Origin: an uncultured virus (IMG/VR IMGVR_UViG_3300031760_000031)
Lineage: Duplodnaviria > Heunggongvirae > Uroviricota > Caudoviricetes
Virus record (IMG/VR): IMGVR_UViG_3300031760_000031
Length of the DNA: 64,000 bases
Strand: one strand, 5' to 3'
Part shown: piece after piece, positions 54,930 to 64,000 of the stretch
Numbering within the stretch: the stretch's first letter is position 1
How the letters are laid out: the number at the start of each line of letters is the position of its first letter
Translations under genes and position numbers: made by a program
The notes under the pieces: model-generated
Seen by the model: the letters and a program-made list of their open reading frames with translations, nothing else
Databases searched by the model: none
Told to the model about the DNA's origin: nothing

Positions 54930-57900
54930 TTAAATTGAGTTGCCTAAAAGTATATTAATTCGGTTATATAATTTCCTAGCCATGTCCTCAATAACAGCCG
55001 GATCATTAATATCATTAGCTGTATTAATCTCAAAAGTATTATTCATCGAGATTAAAGCACCCTTTGTTCCACCATTTTGAGAATCTAATAAACTAGAATT
55101 ACGAACTCCTTCAACAGACATCGCTGCATTGTAATAAGCTCCTGACGAGAGTAATCCGCTTATCATATTCGCTCCATTGATGACATTTGCTGTATCAAGA
55201 ACTGGTGAAATAACAGGATCTAATGAATTTTCAAGCATCTGGTCTGAGATAACCATCGCATCGATAACTGCATTTCTTACAGAAGTTGCCATATTCCAGG
55301 CATTATCAACGGCCATGCCTGATAAATCATCAATACCCTCTGCCAAACCTTGTGTAAAGAAGCTACCCATTCTAAAAGCTACTCTAGATGGAGAATGCTC
55401 TTGCCATACAGATGCAAATATTCCTGCGATATTATCAGCAATTGAACGCGCTTTATCATACAAAAGGCCTTCCATTTCTGTCATTCCATCAATAAGACCC
55501 TGAATATAATTCTTGCCAATGTTTGTGAAGATTCCTTGGTAAGTCATTTTATGGCCCTCATGGCTTGTTTCTTTAAACTGATTAACGAGATTGGTTGCTG
55601 TTATTCCAGCTTGTTTATTCAACTTTTTCGTTGCGTCAGAATCAGTAAATACATCTGCTAAAGTCGTAAGATATGCGACACCAACTTCTATAGCGCCAGC
55701 TTTAATTTGCTCAATAAGTTCTTCATTTGAGAACATGCCAATGATTTTTTCGGATATGGAGGAAAGTAGACCACCACCAACGGAATTTCCTTCTTCATCA
55801 GTAGTTCCATCTTCTGCGAATAACATATTAATTGCATCTTTTGCTGCTGCGACCATGTTGACAATTCCGGTTCCCAACGATCCAACCATTGTTCCGGTCT
55901 CCGAAGTTAAACCCGATGTATTTGAAAAATCTACAATCTTCTGCAAAATATCAATAGCATCGTCTACAGAATCAGGATTCGGAACGGATTGTGGGAAGTT
56001 GTTTGCAAAATCGGAGATGCCTAAGCTAAGTTGCCCAATACCAGTTCCAAAAGCCGTAAGATTGCTTGTCGCTCCAACTAAAGAAGCTGAATCGCCAAGA
56101 CTTGTTTCTAATCCAGCTAATTTTCCACCTACTTCTACTAGCCAATCAATATTTTCACTGGCTTTATCAAATAAAGTTGTGGATTGCATAGGTCCGACAA
56201 AACCATCAGGTTTTGTTTGCTCAACAACTGTTCCCAATTCAGCAAGCGCATTTAATCCTTCTACTAAACCATCGGCAAATGCAGCTACTCGACTTCCAAA
56301 ATCACCAAGAGATTGATTACTATTATCGCCAATTCCAAGCCAACCAGCTACATTCCAAGAACTAACAAGCCCACTTTCTAAAGTAGTCAATGTCTTTGCT
56401 GCATCTTCAGCGATGCCTACTACGCTCGGATCGAAATTTTTAAGCGATGTTGAAAAGTCTGCTAAGCCAGCACCAAATTCTTGTGCTCTTGTTCCAAAAT
56501 CGCCTAAAGATTTATTGCCATTATCTCCACCAGCTAACCAACCAAGTAAACTCCAACTATTTTGAAGAGTTCCTTCAAGATTAATTAAACGCTCTATTGT
56601 TGGCAAAGCCGATAAGACATATCCGTTCTTAAAATCGAGCATTTTAGTCGAAAATGCAACAAGCCCATCTCCGAATTTCAAGAGATTTTCTTTAAAGCCA
56701 ACAAATGTCTGTTTGCCCAAAAAGAATGAGGTTAAATTGTCACTACCGAGAGAATCGTTTAACTTTACAAACATCGTTCCAGCATCGGCAGCCGCTTGAA
56801 TCTTTTTAGTATCAACATCATCCATTTTATTAGAAAGGACCGCCATTGCAGCTCCAAATCCATTAAAGAATGTTGATAATAAATTTGTATTTCCAGCAAG
56901 GCTTGCTAGCTTCATAATGTTACTATACTGTGGTGCAAGATCTTTGAATAATGAAACTATACTTGAAAGAGTATGATCGAACGACTCTGGAACAACAAGA
57001 TTTACAAAACTATCAATTGCGGTTGCAAATTTACTTAAATTTTCACCAGCAACAGCAAGCTGATCTGAGAACCCTGTTAAAATAGCTCCCAATGTTTCAC
57101 CAACAAGTAAGCCTGCTATCTCTCCAATTTTTATAATAATTGCACCTAATTTTTCTAAACCAGCCAAAAGCGCATCGGTTGATCCAGGGAAGAAATAGTC
57201 AATAGCTTCAATAACAGCAGCCAAAACGGCAATGACTGCAACTATTTTAATTAATATTGGGCCGAGTCCTTCAATGATCTTAACCGATGAAATAAGATTT
57301 GCTGCAACTCCACCAAGAAGGAACGCAGCACCTAAAGCTACTAAGACTAGTGATAAAGCTTCAGCGACCGCTAATGCTTTATCAATATTAGGTATATTGA
57401 CAAGAATAATCAAAGCGGCTGTAACCGCGGCTAAAATAATCGTCATTGACGCGAATGTTGCTAAAACCGCTTTTGCATCAAATCCTTTTGCCATAGCCGT
57501 TAACAACGCTAATGATCCAATTACCAAAAACAATGAAGCGCCAGCTACCACTAGTTGCTTCGTTGGAATGAATGACAAAGCTGCCAAAGAAACTGCTAAA
57601 ACGCCAATTATCAGTGCAATCTTAGTCAGCGCTGACACAGCGGCGTACGCTTGCGCTCCTTGTGCAAACATGCCACTTTTACCGATTAAGAACATGACAA
57701 CGCCAATAGTACCGAGAACTGCTGAAACAACTCTAACCGCTCTCCAAAGACCATCTTTATCAAGATTCTTAAATATCATTATTGCGCCAGCAATAAGATA
57801 TAAAGATGCTGCCAACGTGACAATGACAATAGCAGAACCAACAGCTGATCGAATCGAAGCCTTATCGACCATTGCTAGTCTTGATATGCCAGCTCCGATA

Positions 57901-60900
57901 GCGCCAATAACTGCAAATAAAACAACAGCTGCGACACCACCTTTTATTAATTGATCAGTCTTTATTTTTCCTAATTTTTCAATTGAACCGGCAATCATAC
58001 CAACAGCAATCGCCGTTCCAACCAAATAAGTGGCTGCCCCAATAATCGACTTCTCTGGAACTTTACCAAGCAGATATATAATTCCAATCATAGCAACCAA
58101 AATTGGTGCTAATCGAGCAAGGCCGGTCCAATACTTTGCAGAATCCATACTAGCAACTTTATCAAGTATTTCAACTATCCAGTTTAAAGAAGCGGACATT
58201 GCTATTAAAACTAGTGAAGAAGTTTTATTAACGCCTTTTAGTGCCCATGATACAGCCACCATCGCTCCAATAATTCCAACAAATCCCCAAAATATACTGG
58301 CAGGATTTTTAAACTCAATATTATCAAGATCGCTCAATGCGTTAACAAGCATTTTAATCGCTAAAGCAATACCGACCATATCAAGAATCGCTGTTACCGT
58401 TCCGGCTGGTTTGCGCACCAAAGAAAAAGCAGCGATAAGTGCTGCCATTAATCCAACAATTACAAAGAAGCTTCTCCAAACATGTTCCATTCCGTCAAGC
58501 TTTTGTATAGCATCGGAAATAATCCATATAGATACAGCAATTGTTCCAATTACTGCTGCCAAATGAAGCATATTGACCTGGGCTTTTTTAGCAGCACCTT
58601 CATTTATTGTTGATAATACAGCAGATATAAGCGCGAACCCGCCTATAACAACCATTAAAGCGCCGATCTGGAGTATAGCATTCCAAACATCATTAGATTT
58701 ACCAACAACTGATAATGCGTATAAAGCAGCTGCTAAAATACCAACAGCAATTGAAATTTTAACAATATTATCAACCCAAATATTAGCTTTTTTTGCTGTA
58801 AAATATCCAGTGATAGAATTAAAGGTTCCTCGAACCGAGTTAATCAATTGGCCCATTGATTTAAATGGAGAGGCTAGACTTTCCAGCGCATTTGCAAATT
58901 TAGTTCCGATGCTCATGAATACTGCACCAGTACCGATGCCAAGCATCATCTCTAATACTTTTCCGAATGTATCAGTAAACTTAGCAATGTCATCTTCTGA
59001 CATTTTCATGCTTTCAACTGTTTTGTCAAAGCCAGTCTTAATCGATTCACTAAATTGTACAAACCGCGATCCAAAATTACCGAAAAATTTTCCAATATTA
59101 TCGCCAATAACTTTAAATGGGTCTGCTGGATTCTTTTCTATTTCTTCTACCAGACCACTGTATGCATTCTTTATGGATGTGATACCAAAATCCTTACCCA
59201 TAAATCCAGATAATGTGGTCTGCATGCCAGACAATGTTTCGGAAACTTCTTTTGTTCCTTGAATAGATTTGACCCATTTATCAATATTCGCAAAGACCTT
59301 AGCAATACCATCTGTAGCTTGTTCTATCAAGCTAACGATTGGCTGATTTGTTTGCATCCATTCAAGGGCTTTATCTAAAGCATTGCCGATTCCATCTGCA
59401 AAATCTCCAATATCTATTTCAAGATCACCAAATAATCTTGATAAGACCTTAAGTCCTCCTTCAATTATTTGACCGATAACTTCTTTAACTAACGAGAATC
59501 CTTTTCCAAGTATTTTTAATGCTGAAAAAACAACTTCTAAAACACCACGTAAAAATGTAGATTCTTGAATCGTTTCTTTAATTTTCGCAGTGAATCCTTC
59601 TATTTTTTCTAATACACCGTATAAAATATCTCCAAAATCAACATCGGCAAAAACTTCAGCCCATGCTTCTCTTGCTGCTTCCTGAAGAGCAATCAAACTT
59701 CCTGTAATATTTCCAATCGTTTTGGAAAGAAGATTTTGACCAGAACGCCTTCCCATTTTTGTAAGAAGCTTTTCCAGATCTTTTTGCGCTTCCGCAGATT
59801 CTTCTGATACCTCATTTAATGCTTCTGATAAAACGTATGCCTGCTCACGAGTAATACCCATGTTTTTGAGCTCAGCATCAGTTAAATGCTCAATATCTTC
59901 TGCTAAAAGTTTATAGCCAGCTCGGTGACCTTCTTTTGCCAGTTTATTGATTAACTCTTGCGTAGTCGCATAATCAATGTTAGCCTCTTTTAGCTTATTT
60001 ACACGCTCTAAACCATTACCATACGTTCCAAGCCACACATTATCGAACAATGATTGTAAATGTTCTGTGACCTTCTCAACATCCTTTGTACTACTGACAT
60101 ATTCTGATAAATTGAGTTTTGTAAAACTAATATACCTCTTAAGTACACCACCTAAATTGTTGTATTGTTCAGACTCAATTTGCATAATATCAGCATTATG
60201 GCCGATTGCATTGCTCAATGAACCGTATTCTTTAATTAGTGCTTTTACATCAAATCCAGCATCTTCGAGATATTTTTCAAATTCACTATTAAAACCTTCA
60301 AAATCTGCTCCTGCCCTGGTAAACAAGCTTCTTAATTGTGTATAGTCATCAGTAAATGCGCTCGAAAGAACATCATTTCTAATATCTCCGCCAGATGCAA
60401 AAATATCCCAAAGGTCATTTGCTAAATTTGTCCACGTCTCTTTTGCAACATCATAGTTACCAAATATCAAGTCGAACGATTTCAACCATTTAGTTGAGAC
60501 TGCATCTTTTGTTGCAGCGATTGCTTCTCCGAAAGTTTTTGCTTCCTGAGCAGATCTAGCAGCTTTTATATAAATATCATCATAAATCTTCGATAACTTG
60601 GCATAAGCATCAGAAGCATTTTCTGCCTGGCCTTCTTGAATCATCTTATAAGCTTTTTCTGTATATTGGTAAAATTTACCAAAAGTTGCTTCCATGACAG
60701 AAGTATCTGCCCAACCTTCTTTTAATGTTTCGCCAAAATTACCGAGTTCGACAAGTGTCCCTTTTGACGTTTTGCCAAACTCATTCAATCTTCCTAATTC
60801 AATAGCCGTCTCTATAAACGACTGTTTTAAATCTTTAGACGCGACACCTGCCAATTCCAAGGACTTCCAGTCCATATATTTTAATGAACCAGCACCATAA

Positions 60901-61508
60901 GACTGGTTCAAGTTATAGATTGCTCTTGAGAATTCTTGTGTACTTTTACCAGCAAATGCGGTTGCGTTCGCAATACCCATAATCATCGGCATAAGGTTTT
61001 CAACCTTACCACCAGACGATGTTAACTGCGCTAAAGACTTTGTCATATCAGTAAAACCATATGAGGTTTCATCTGAAAACCACATTAGTTTATCTAAATA
61101 TCCGTTAATTTCATCAATTGATTTTCCAGTTGAGTTTACAAGAGTCTGAACTGATTCTATTTTTTGATTATATTTATTCCAGCCTTCTCCAACCTGCTCC
61201 ATAGTTAGCGCATGAACCAACCGTTCTCCAGCTTGTTCTGCTCTAATCGCGATACTGCTTAGTACGTTTATTGCAACTTTTTCGAGTGCTGAAAATCCTT
61301 CAGTAACAGTTACTTGCGCTTTTATCAACGGATTAAGATCTGTCTTTTCCGCCGCATCATTTACTCGCTTAAATCCTTCATCTGCATCTTTGAACTTTAA
61401 ACTTTGTTCCAGCTTATTTAAAGAAGACATGGAAGTTTTTACATTACGTTCAAATTCGGCATTGTCAAAACGTAGAGTTACAACGCGTTCATCTATAGTT
61501 CTGCTCAT
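54930..61508 (-). CDS. tape measure protein
   Basis: 2192 aa, MSRTIDERVVTLRFDNAEFE, tape-measure N-domain, hydrophobic Ala-rich repeats, HSPSRV. Confidence 0.95.
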   Translation of the reverse strand: MSRTIDERVVTLRFDNAEFERNVKTSMSSLNKLEQSLKFKDADEGFKRVNDAAEKTDLNPLIKAQVTVTEGFSALEKVAINVLSSIAIRAEQAGERLVHALTMEQVGEGWNKYNQKIESVQTLVNSTGKSIDEINGYLDKLMWFSDETSYGFTDMTKSLAQLTSSGGKVENLMPMIMGIANATAFAGKSTQEFSRAIYNLNQSYGAGSLKYMDWKSLELAGVASKDLKQSFIETAIELGRLNEFGKTSKGTLVELGNFGETLKEGWADTSVMEATFGKFYQYTEKAYKMIQEGQAENASDAYAKLSKIYDDIYIKAARSAQEAKTFGEAIAATKDAVSTKWLKSFDLIFGNYDVAKETWTNLANDLWDIFASGGDIRNDVLSSAFTDDYTQLRSLFTRAGADFEGFNSEFEKYLEDAGFDVKALIKEYGSLSNAIGHNADIMQIESEQYNNLGGVLKRYISFTKLNLSEYVSSTKDVEKVTEHLQSLFDNVWLGTYGNGLERVNKLKEANIDYATTQELINKLAKEGHRAGYKLLAEDIEHLTDAELKNMGITREQAYVLSEALNEVSEESAEAQKDLEKLLTKMGRRSGQNLLSKTIGNITGSLIALQEAAREAWAEVFADVDFGDILYGVLEKIEGFTAKIKETIQESTFLRGVLEVVFSALKILGKGFSLVKEVIGQIIEGGLKVLSRLFGDLEIDIGDFADGIGNALDKALEWMQTNQPIVSLIEQATDGIAKVFANIDKWVKSIQGTKEVSETLSGMQTTLSGFMGKDFGITSIKNAYSGLVEEIEKNPADPFKVIGDNIGKFFGNFGSRFVQFSESIKTGFDKTVESMKMSEDDIAKFTDTFGKVLEMMLGIGTGAVFMSIGTKFANALESLASPFKSMGQLINSVRGTFNSITGYFTAKKANIWVDNIVKISIAVGILAAALYALSVVGKSNDVWNAILQIGALMVVIGGFALISAVLSTINEGAAKKAQVNMLHLAAVIGTIAVSIWIISDAIQKLDGMEHVWRSFFVIVGLMAALIAAFSLVRKPAGTVTAILDMVGIALAIKMLVNALSDLDNIEFKNPASIFWGFVGIIGAMVAVSWALKGVNKTSSLVLIAMSASLNWIVEILDKVASMDSAKYWTGLARLAPILVAMIGIIYLLGKVPEKSIIGAATYLVGTAIAVGMIAGSIEKLGKIKTDQLIKGGVAAVVLFAVIGAIGAGISRLAMVDKASIRSAVGSAIVIVTLAASLYLIAGAIMIFKNLDKDGLWRAVRVVSAVLGTIGVVMFLIGKSGMFAQGAQAYAAVSALTKIALIIGVLAVSLAALSFIPTKQLVVAGASLFLVIGSLALLTAMAKGFDAKAVLATFASMTIILAAVTAALIILVNIPNIDKALAVAEALSLVLVALGAAFLLGGVAANLISSVKIIEGLGPILIKIVAVIAVLAAVIEAIDYFFPGSTDALLAGLEKLGAIIIKIGEIAGLLVGETLGAILTGFSDQLAVAGENLSKFATAIDSFVNLVVPESFDHTLSSIVSLFKDLAPQYSNIMKLASLAGNTNLLSTFFNGFGAAMAVLSNKMDDVDTKKIQAAADAGTMFVKLNDSLGSDNLTSFFLGKQTFVGFKENLLKFGDGLVAFSTKMLDFKNGYVLSALPTIERLINLEGTLQNSWSLLGWLAGGDNGNKSLGDFGTRAQEFGAGLADFSTSLKNFDPSVVGIAEDAAKTLTTLESGLVSSWNVAGWLGIGDNSNQSLGDFGSRVAAFADGLVEGLNALAELGTVVEQTKPDGFVGPMQSTTLFDKASENIDWLVEVGGKLAGLETSLGDSASLVGATSNLTAFGTGIGQLSLGISDFANNFPQSVPNPDSVDDAIDILQKIVDFSNTSGLTSETGTMVGSLGTGIVNMVAAAKDAINMLFAEDGTTDEEGNSVGGGLLSSISEKIIGMFSNEELIEQIKAGAIEVGVAYLTTLADVFTDSDATKKLNKQAGITATNLVNQFKETSHEGHKMTYQGIFTNIGKNYIQGLIDGMTEMEGLLYDKARSIADNIAGIFASVWQEHSPSRVAFRMGSFFTQGLAEGIDDLSGMAVDNAWNMATSVRNAVIDAMVISDQMLENSLDPVISPVLDTANVINGANMISGLLSSGAYYNAAMSVEGVRNSSLLDSQNGGTKGALISMNNTFEINTANDINDPAVIEDMARKLYNRINILLGNSI

Positions 61509-61879
61509 TCACCTATCTCCTTCCATGCTTGATCAGTAAGTCTATCAAAAACTGGACCTATGGCTGGATTAATATAGTCTCTTCCTTCAACCCATCCGCC
61601 AGTTCCTGTGCCATGGCCGTACTGTAGAATAATAGCAATAGGGACTTCTTGCTCAATATGAGAGTTACAGAACTCTATTTTGATTCTTCCATCTTCTTCG
61701 ATTATTCTATAATACCAGGATGCTCTAGTTAATCCTGTATCAACAGGAGTGGCTTCCATCAAAGCTAAAACACCTTCATCGCCATATTTTTCAAGAGTTG
61801 AAATATTAATTGGCTTTTGTAATTTTGCTAAATAATCTTTTGCTTTTGAAAACTTGCCATTTGATGTGACTTTAAACAT
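61505..61879 (-). CDS. HK97 gp10-like tail component
   Basis: TPVDTG.T..SW, LQYGHGT, DYINPA. Confidence 0.8.
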   Translation of the reverse strand: MFKVTSNGKFSKAKDYLAKLQKPINISTLEKYGDEGVLALMEATPVDTGLTRASWYYRIIEEDGRIKIEFCNSHIEQEVPIAIILQYGHGTGTGGWVEGRDYINPAIGPVFDRLTDQAWKEIGE

Positions 61880-61896
61880 CTCACCACTCCTGTTAA

Positions 61897-62445
61897 TCAA
61901 CCTTTACTATGGTATTTGGCTCTTCTTGCTTGATTCAAAGCTCGATTACGATTATAAATATCGCTTTGGCTCATCTTCTTAGCAGGAGCATTCTTTACTG
62001 CACAAACTCTAATTAATGTCATCAATCTTCCTAAATGCCATTTTTGACATTCAAATGGAATGTTATAACACGTCATCCAATAATAAATAATTTCTGCAGT
62101 AATTATTTCATTCCCTTTGCCCTTAGATCCTTCGCTATTATTAAAAGTTGTTGCTGTCATTGGATCGTTGATATAAGCATCGATCTTAGCAATTTCAATC
62201 GGAGGAATGCAATAATATATCATCGGATCTACGTTCTGCGTTAACGTCATGCATCGAACATAGTCTATTTTTTCTTCTTTTGTTTTTTCTTCCAATGAAA
62301 GATATGGCTTCTTCCATTTGGATTCCCACTTTGACAAAGAAACTAAAGAGTGTTCTAGCGAAAGCTGGATCTCATGATCAATATTAATGAATTCCTGCTT
62401 TTGCTCGTCAAACCATTCCCCTTTTGGAATGATTAATTTATACAT
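61897..62445 (-). CDS. tail assembly chaperone-like protein
   Basis: LEHSLVSLSKWES, TAEIIYYWM, WHLGRLMTL; between chaperone and tape measure. Confidence 0.65.
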   Translation of the reverse strand: MYKLIIPKGEWFDEQKQEFINIDHEIQLSLEHSLVSLSKWESKWKKPYLSLEEKTKEEKIDYVRCMTLTQNVDPMIYYCIPPIEIAKIDAYINDPMTATTFNNSEGSKGKGNEIITAEIIYYWMTCYNIPFECQKWHLGRLMTLIRVCAVKNAPAKKMSQSDIYNRNRALNQARRAKYHSKG

Positions 62446-62450
62446 AGCCG

Positions 62451-62891
62451 TTAAGAATTAATCTTACTTAAAAGCTGCTTAGTTTCTTCGTCAACCTCAC
62501 CTTTAGCAATCATCTCATTTGCTTGTTCTGCTAAACCAGCTGGCAATACTTTATTAATAAAATCAGCTGCAGCATCTGAATCTGTTGCTAATTCAAGATA
62601 AATATCAGAATAAGCTTCTGTCGCCATAAAATCTTCACGAATCTGGTCATTCTTAATAAAACGACGGCCATCCTCGCTTTTTACACCATATGCTTTAATT
62701 ACTGTTTCTTTGAATAATGCTATTAAAGCATTTGTGTCCTTTGCATTAATGATCTTTTTAATTGTCTCCAAAAGACCACCATCTTTAGAAAACTGCATAT
62801 CCATAAGTTCAGCCTTCGTAAAGTTAAAATAAAAATCTTCAGTTCTTTCGACACCGTTAAAGTCGGTATAAGTTAACGTTTTTTTATACAT
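62451..62891 (-). CDS. tail assembly chaperone
   Basis: YTDFNG...EDFYFN, AYGVKSEDGRRF; follows major tail protein. Confidence 0.75.
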   Translation of the reverse strand: MYKKTLTYTDFNGVERTEDFYFNFTKAELMDMQFSKDGGLLETIKKIINAKDTNALIALFKETVIKAYGVKSEDGRRFIKNDQIREDFMATEAYSDIYLELATDSDAAADFINKVLPAGLAEQANEMIAKGEVDEETKQLLSKINS

Positions 62892-62907
62892 ATTTCTCTC
62901 CTTTCAT

Positions 62908-62945
62908 AAAAAAAAAAGAAAAGAGCGACTAAAATAGCCGCTCTT
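62908..62945 (-). terminator. intrinsic terminator after major tail gene
   Basis: aagagcg..cgctctt hairpin with long U-tract. Confidence 0.7.
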
Positions 62946-62972
62946 CACACCATTTTGAATAATTGATTATGC

Positions 62973-63656
62973 CTACAAAGACGTAGTGCCACCGGAACCA
63001 CTAGCCCTAAGGATGATGCTCTTAACTTCATCTGGCAAAGGAAGCCTAGCGTCTGCTTCAGATGATCCATAAAGAACATCCTGAATCGCAGTCATAGCAT
63101 CTGATGATACTTTTGTTGAATCGATTTCGATCGTACAGGTTGGTTTAAAATCTGTTACTGGAACCGGGGTGCAAGTAACTTCCCAAGACATTTCGACTGC
63201 TGACGGAGAATCATTGATCGTATCATGAGTCTTTGCAGAAGGAGATGCCTTGCAGCCATAAACCAGGTGAAGTTTGTAACCAAATGAATCGCCAACAGTA
63301 TCGTTACCAATAGCTGTTCTATAGCAGAAGCCAAATGGTTTACGGTTCTGCTGGCCAATTACAACACCAGTTGTTAATGATTCAGATCCATCGCACTGAG
63401 CGAATTGATCTGGATAAGTGTATGCTCTGATAGTTCCACCATATTCTTCTGCAGAGAACAGAGTAATGTAGTTGATATCATCCGCAAATAATTTTGTTGG
63501 TTCCGCACCCGATGGGTTCTCATCAAAGCCAAGCAAACCATTCCATGCGACACCTTCTGAATAAGCATTATTGCTATCAATCAGATATAAGACGGCATTT
63601 TTTGCACCAGTTTCGTAGAGTTTTTTGCCGAGCTCATCCCAAACTAATCTAGCCAT
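62973..63656 (-). CDS. major tail protein
   Basis: LVWD...YETG, GVAWNGL, AYTYP, GYKLHLVYG, TINDSP. Confidence 0.9.
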   Translation of the reverse strand: MARLVWDELGKKLYETGAKNAVLYLIDSNNAYSEGVAWNGLLGFDENPSGAEPTKLFADDINYITLFSAEEYGGTIRAYTYPDQFAQCDGSESLTTGVVIGQQNRKPFGFCYRTAIGNDTVGDSFGYKLHLVYGCKASPSAKTHDTINDSPSAVEMSWEVTCTPVPVTDFKPTCTIEIDSTKVSSDAMTAIQDVLYGSSEADARLPLPDEVKSIILRASGSGGTTSL

Positions 63657-63668
63657 TGTTTTCCTCCA

Positions 63669-63980
63669 TTAATAATATAAATTAAATACGTCATGATAGA
63701 GATTATCCGAAATAAAACGACGATCATATGAACAATATGGAATCTCCAAAAACTTGTCTATATAATCGTCGTTATCAGGATCTCTACCAATTAAAGTTAC
63801 CGTGTAGCGATTATATCCTTTATAAGCCAAATCGTCTGCATGGTTAATCTCCCGTGTATCTCTTTCGTAAACAACACACGGATATTTTAGAAGCTGCGAT
63901 GCAGGAGGTTGAAAATAAACATTATTATTTCCGAGTATACCTCTAAATACAGGAGACAGATCTATCCGCTTCCTCGCCAT
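63669..63980 (-). CDS. tail terminator/completion protein
   Basis: NVYFQPP...YPCVVY...HADD..Y...DNLYHDVF. Confidence 0.75.
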   Translation of the reverse strand: MARKRIDLSPVFRGILGNNNVYFQPPASQLLKYPCVVYERDTREINHADDLAYKGYNRYTVTLIGRDPDNDDYIDKFLEIPYCSYDRRFISDNLYHDVFNLYY

Positions 63981-64000
63981 TCCACAAACCTCCCAATTGC

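Noticed and set aside
55177..60900. Long plus-strand ORFs opposite the tape measure gene, and similar ones elsewhere
   Set aside because: Antisense shadows of real genes; no SD and no recognisable motifs.
62440..62490. Programmed -1 frameshift between tail chaperone genes
   Set aside because: The downstream frame has a stop a few codons before its ATG and there is no XXXYYYZ slippery heptamer.

Overview
AT-rich 64-kb stretch of a temperate siphovirus-type phage genome. A low-GC Gram-positive (Bacillota) host is inferred from the strong GGAGG ribosome-binding sites and the CHAP/SH3b-type lysin. Almost all genes are on the minus strand. From right to left: tail module (terminator, major tail, chaperones, tape measure, Dit, Tal); a large receptor-binding/accessory module (split CotH-like protein, three BspA-type LRR proteins, CBM protein, two glycosyltransferases, holin/lysin, five paralogues with a shared N-terminal anchor motif); a candidate intact attP with a plus-strand tyrosine integrase; a ~15-kb array of about 30 small cassettes; and a replication module (ThyX-like, ParB-like, SSB, SF2 helicase, and a 1379-aa helicase-primase-PolB fusion). 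The most striking structure is the cassette array, which starts divergently from the integrase. Cassettes are separated by a stereotyped junction of hairpin terminator, conserved C-N6-TNTWAT motif and SD. The hairpin supplies the last codons (ESE-stop) of seven unrelated proteins, and two cassette slots appear to hold structured RNAs instead of ORFs. All calls come from reading the sequence and recalled motifs; no database searches were run.
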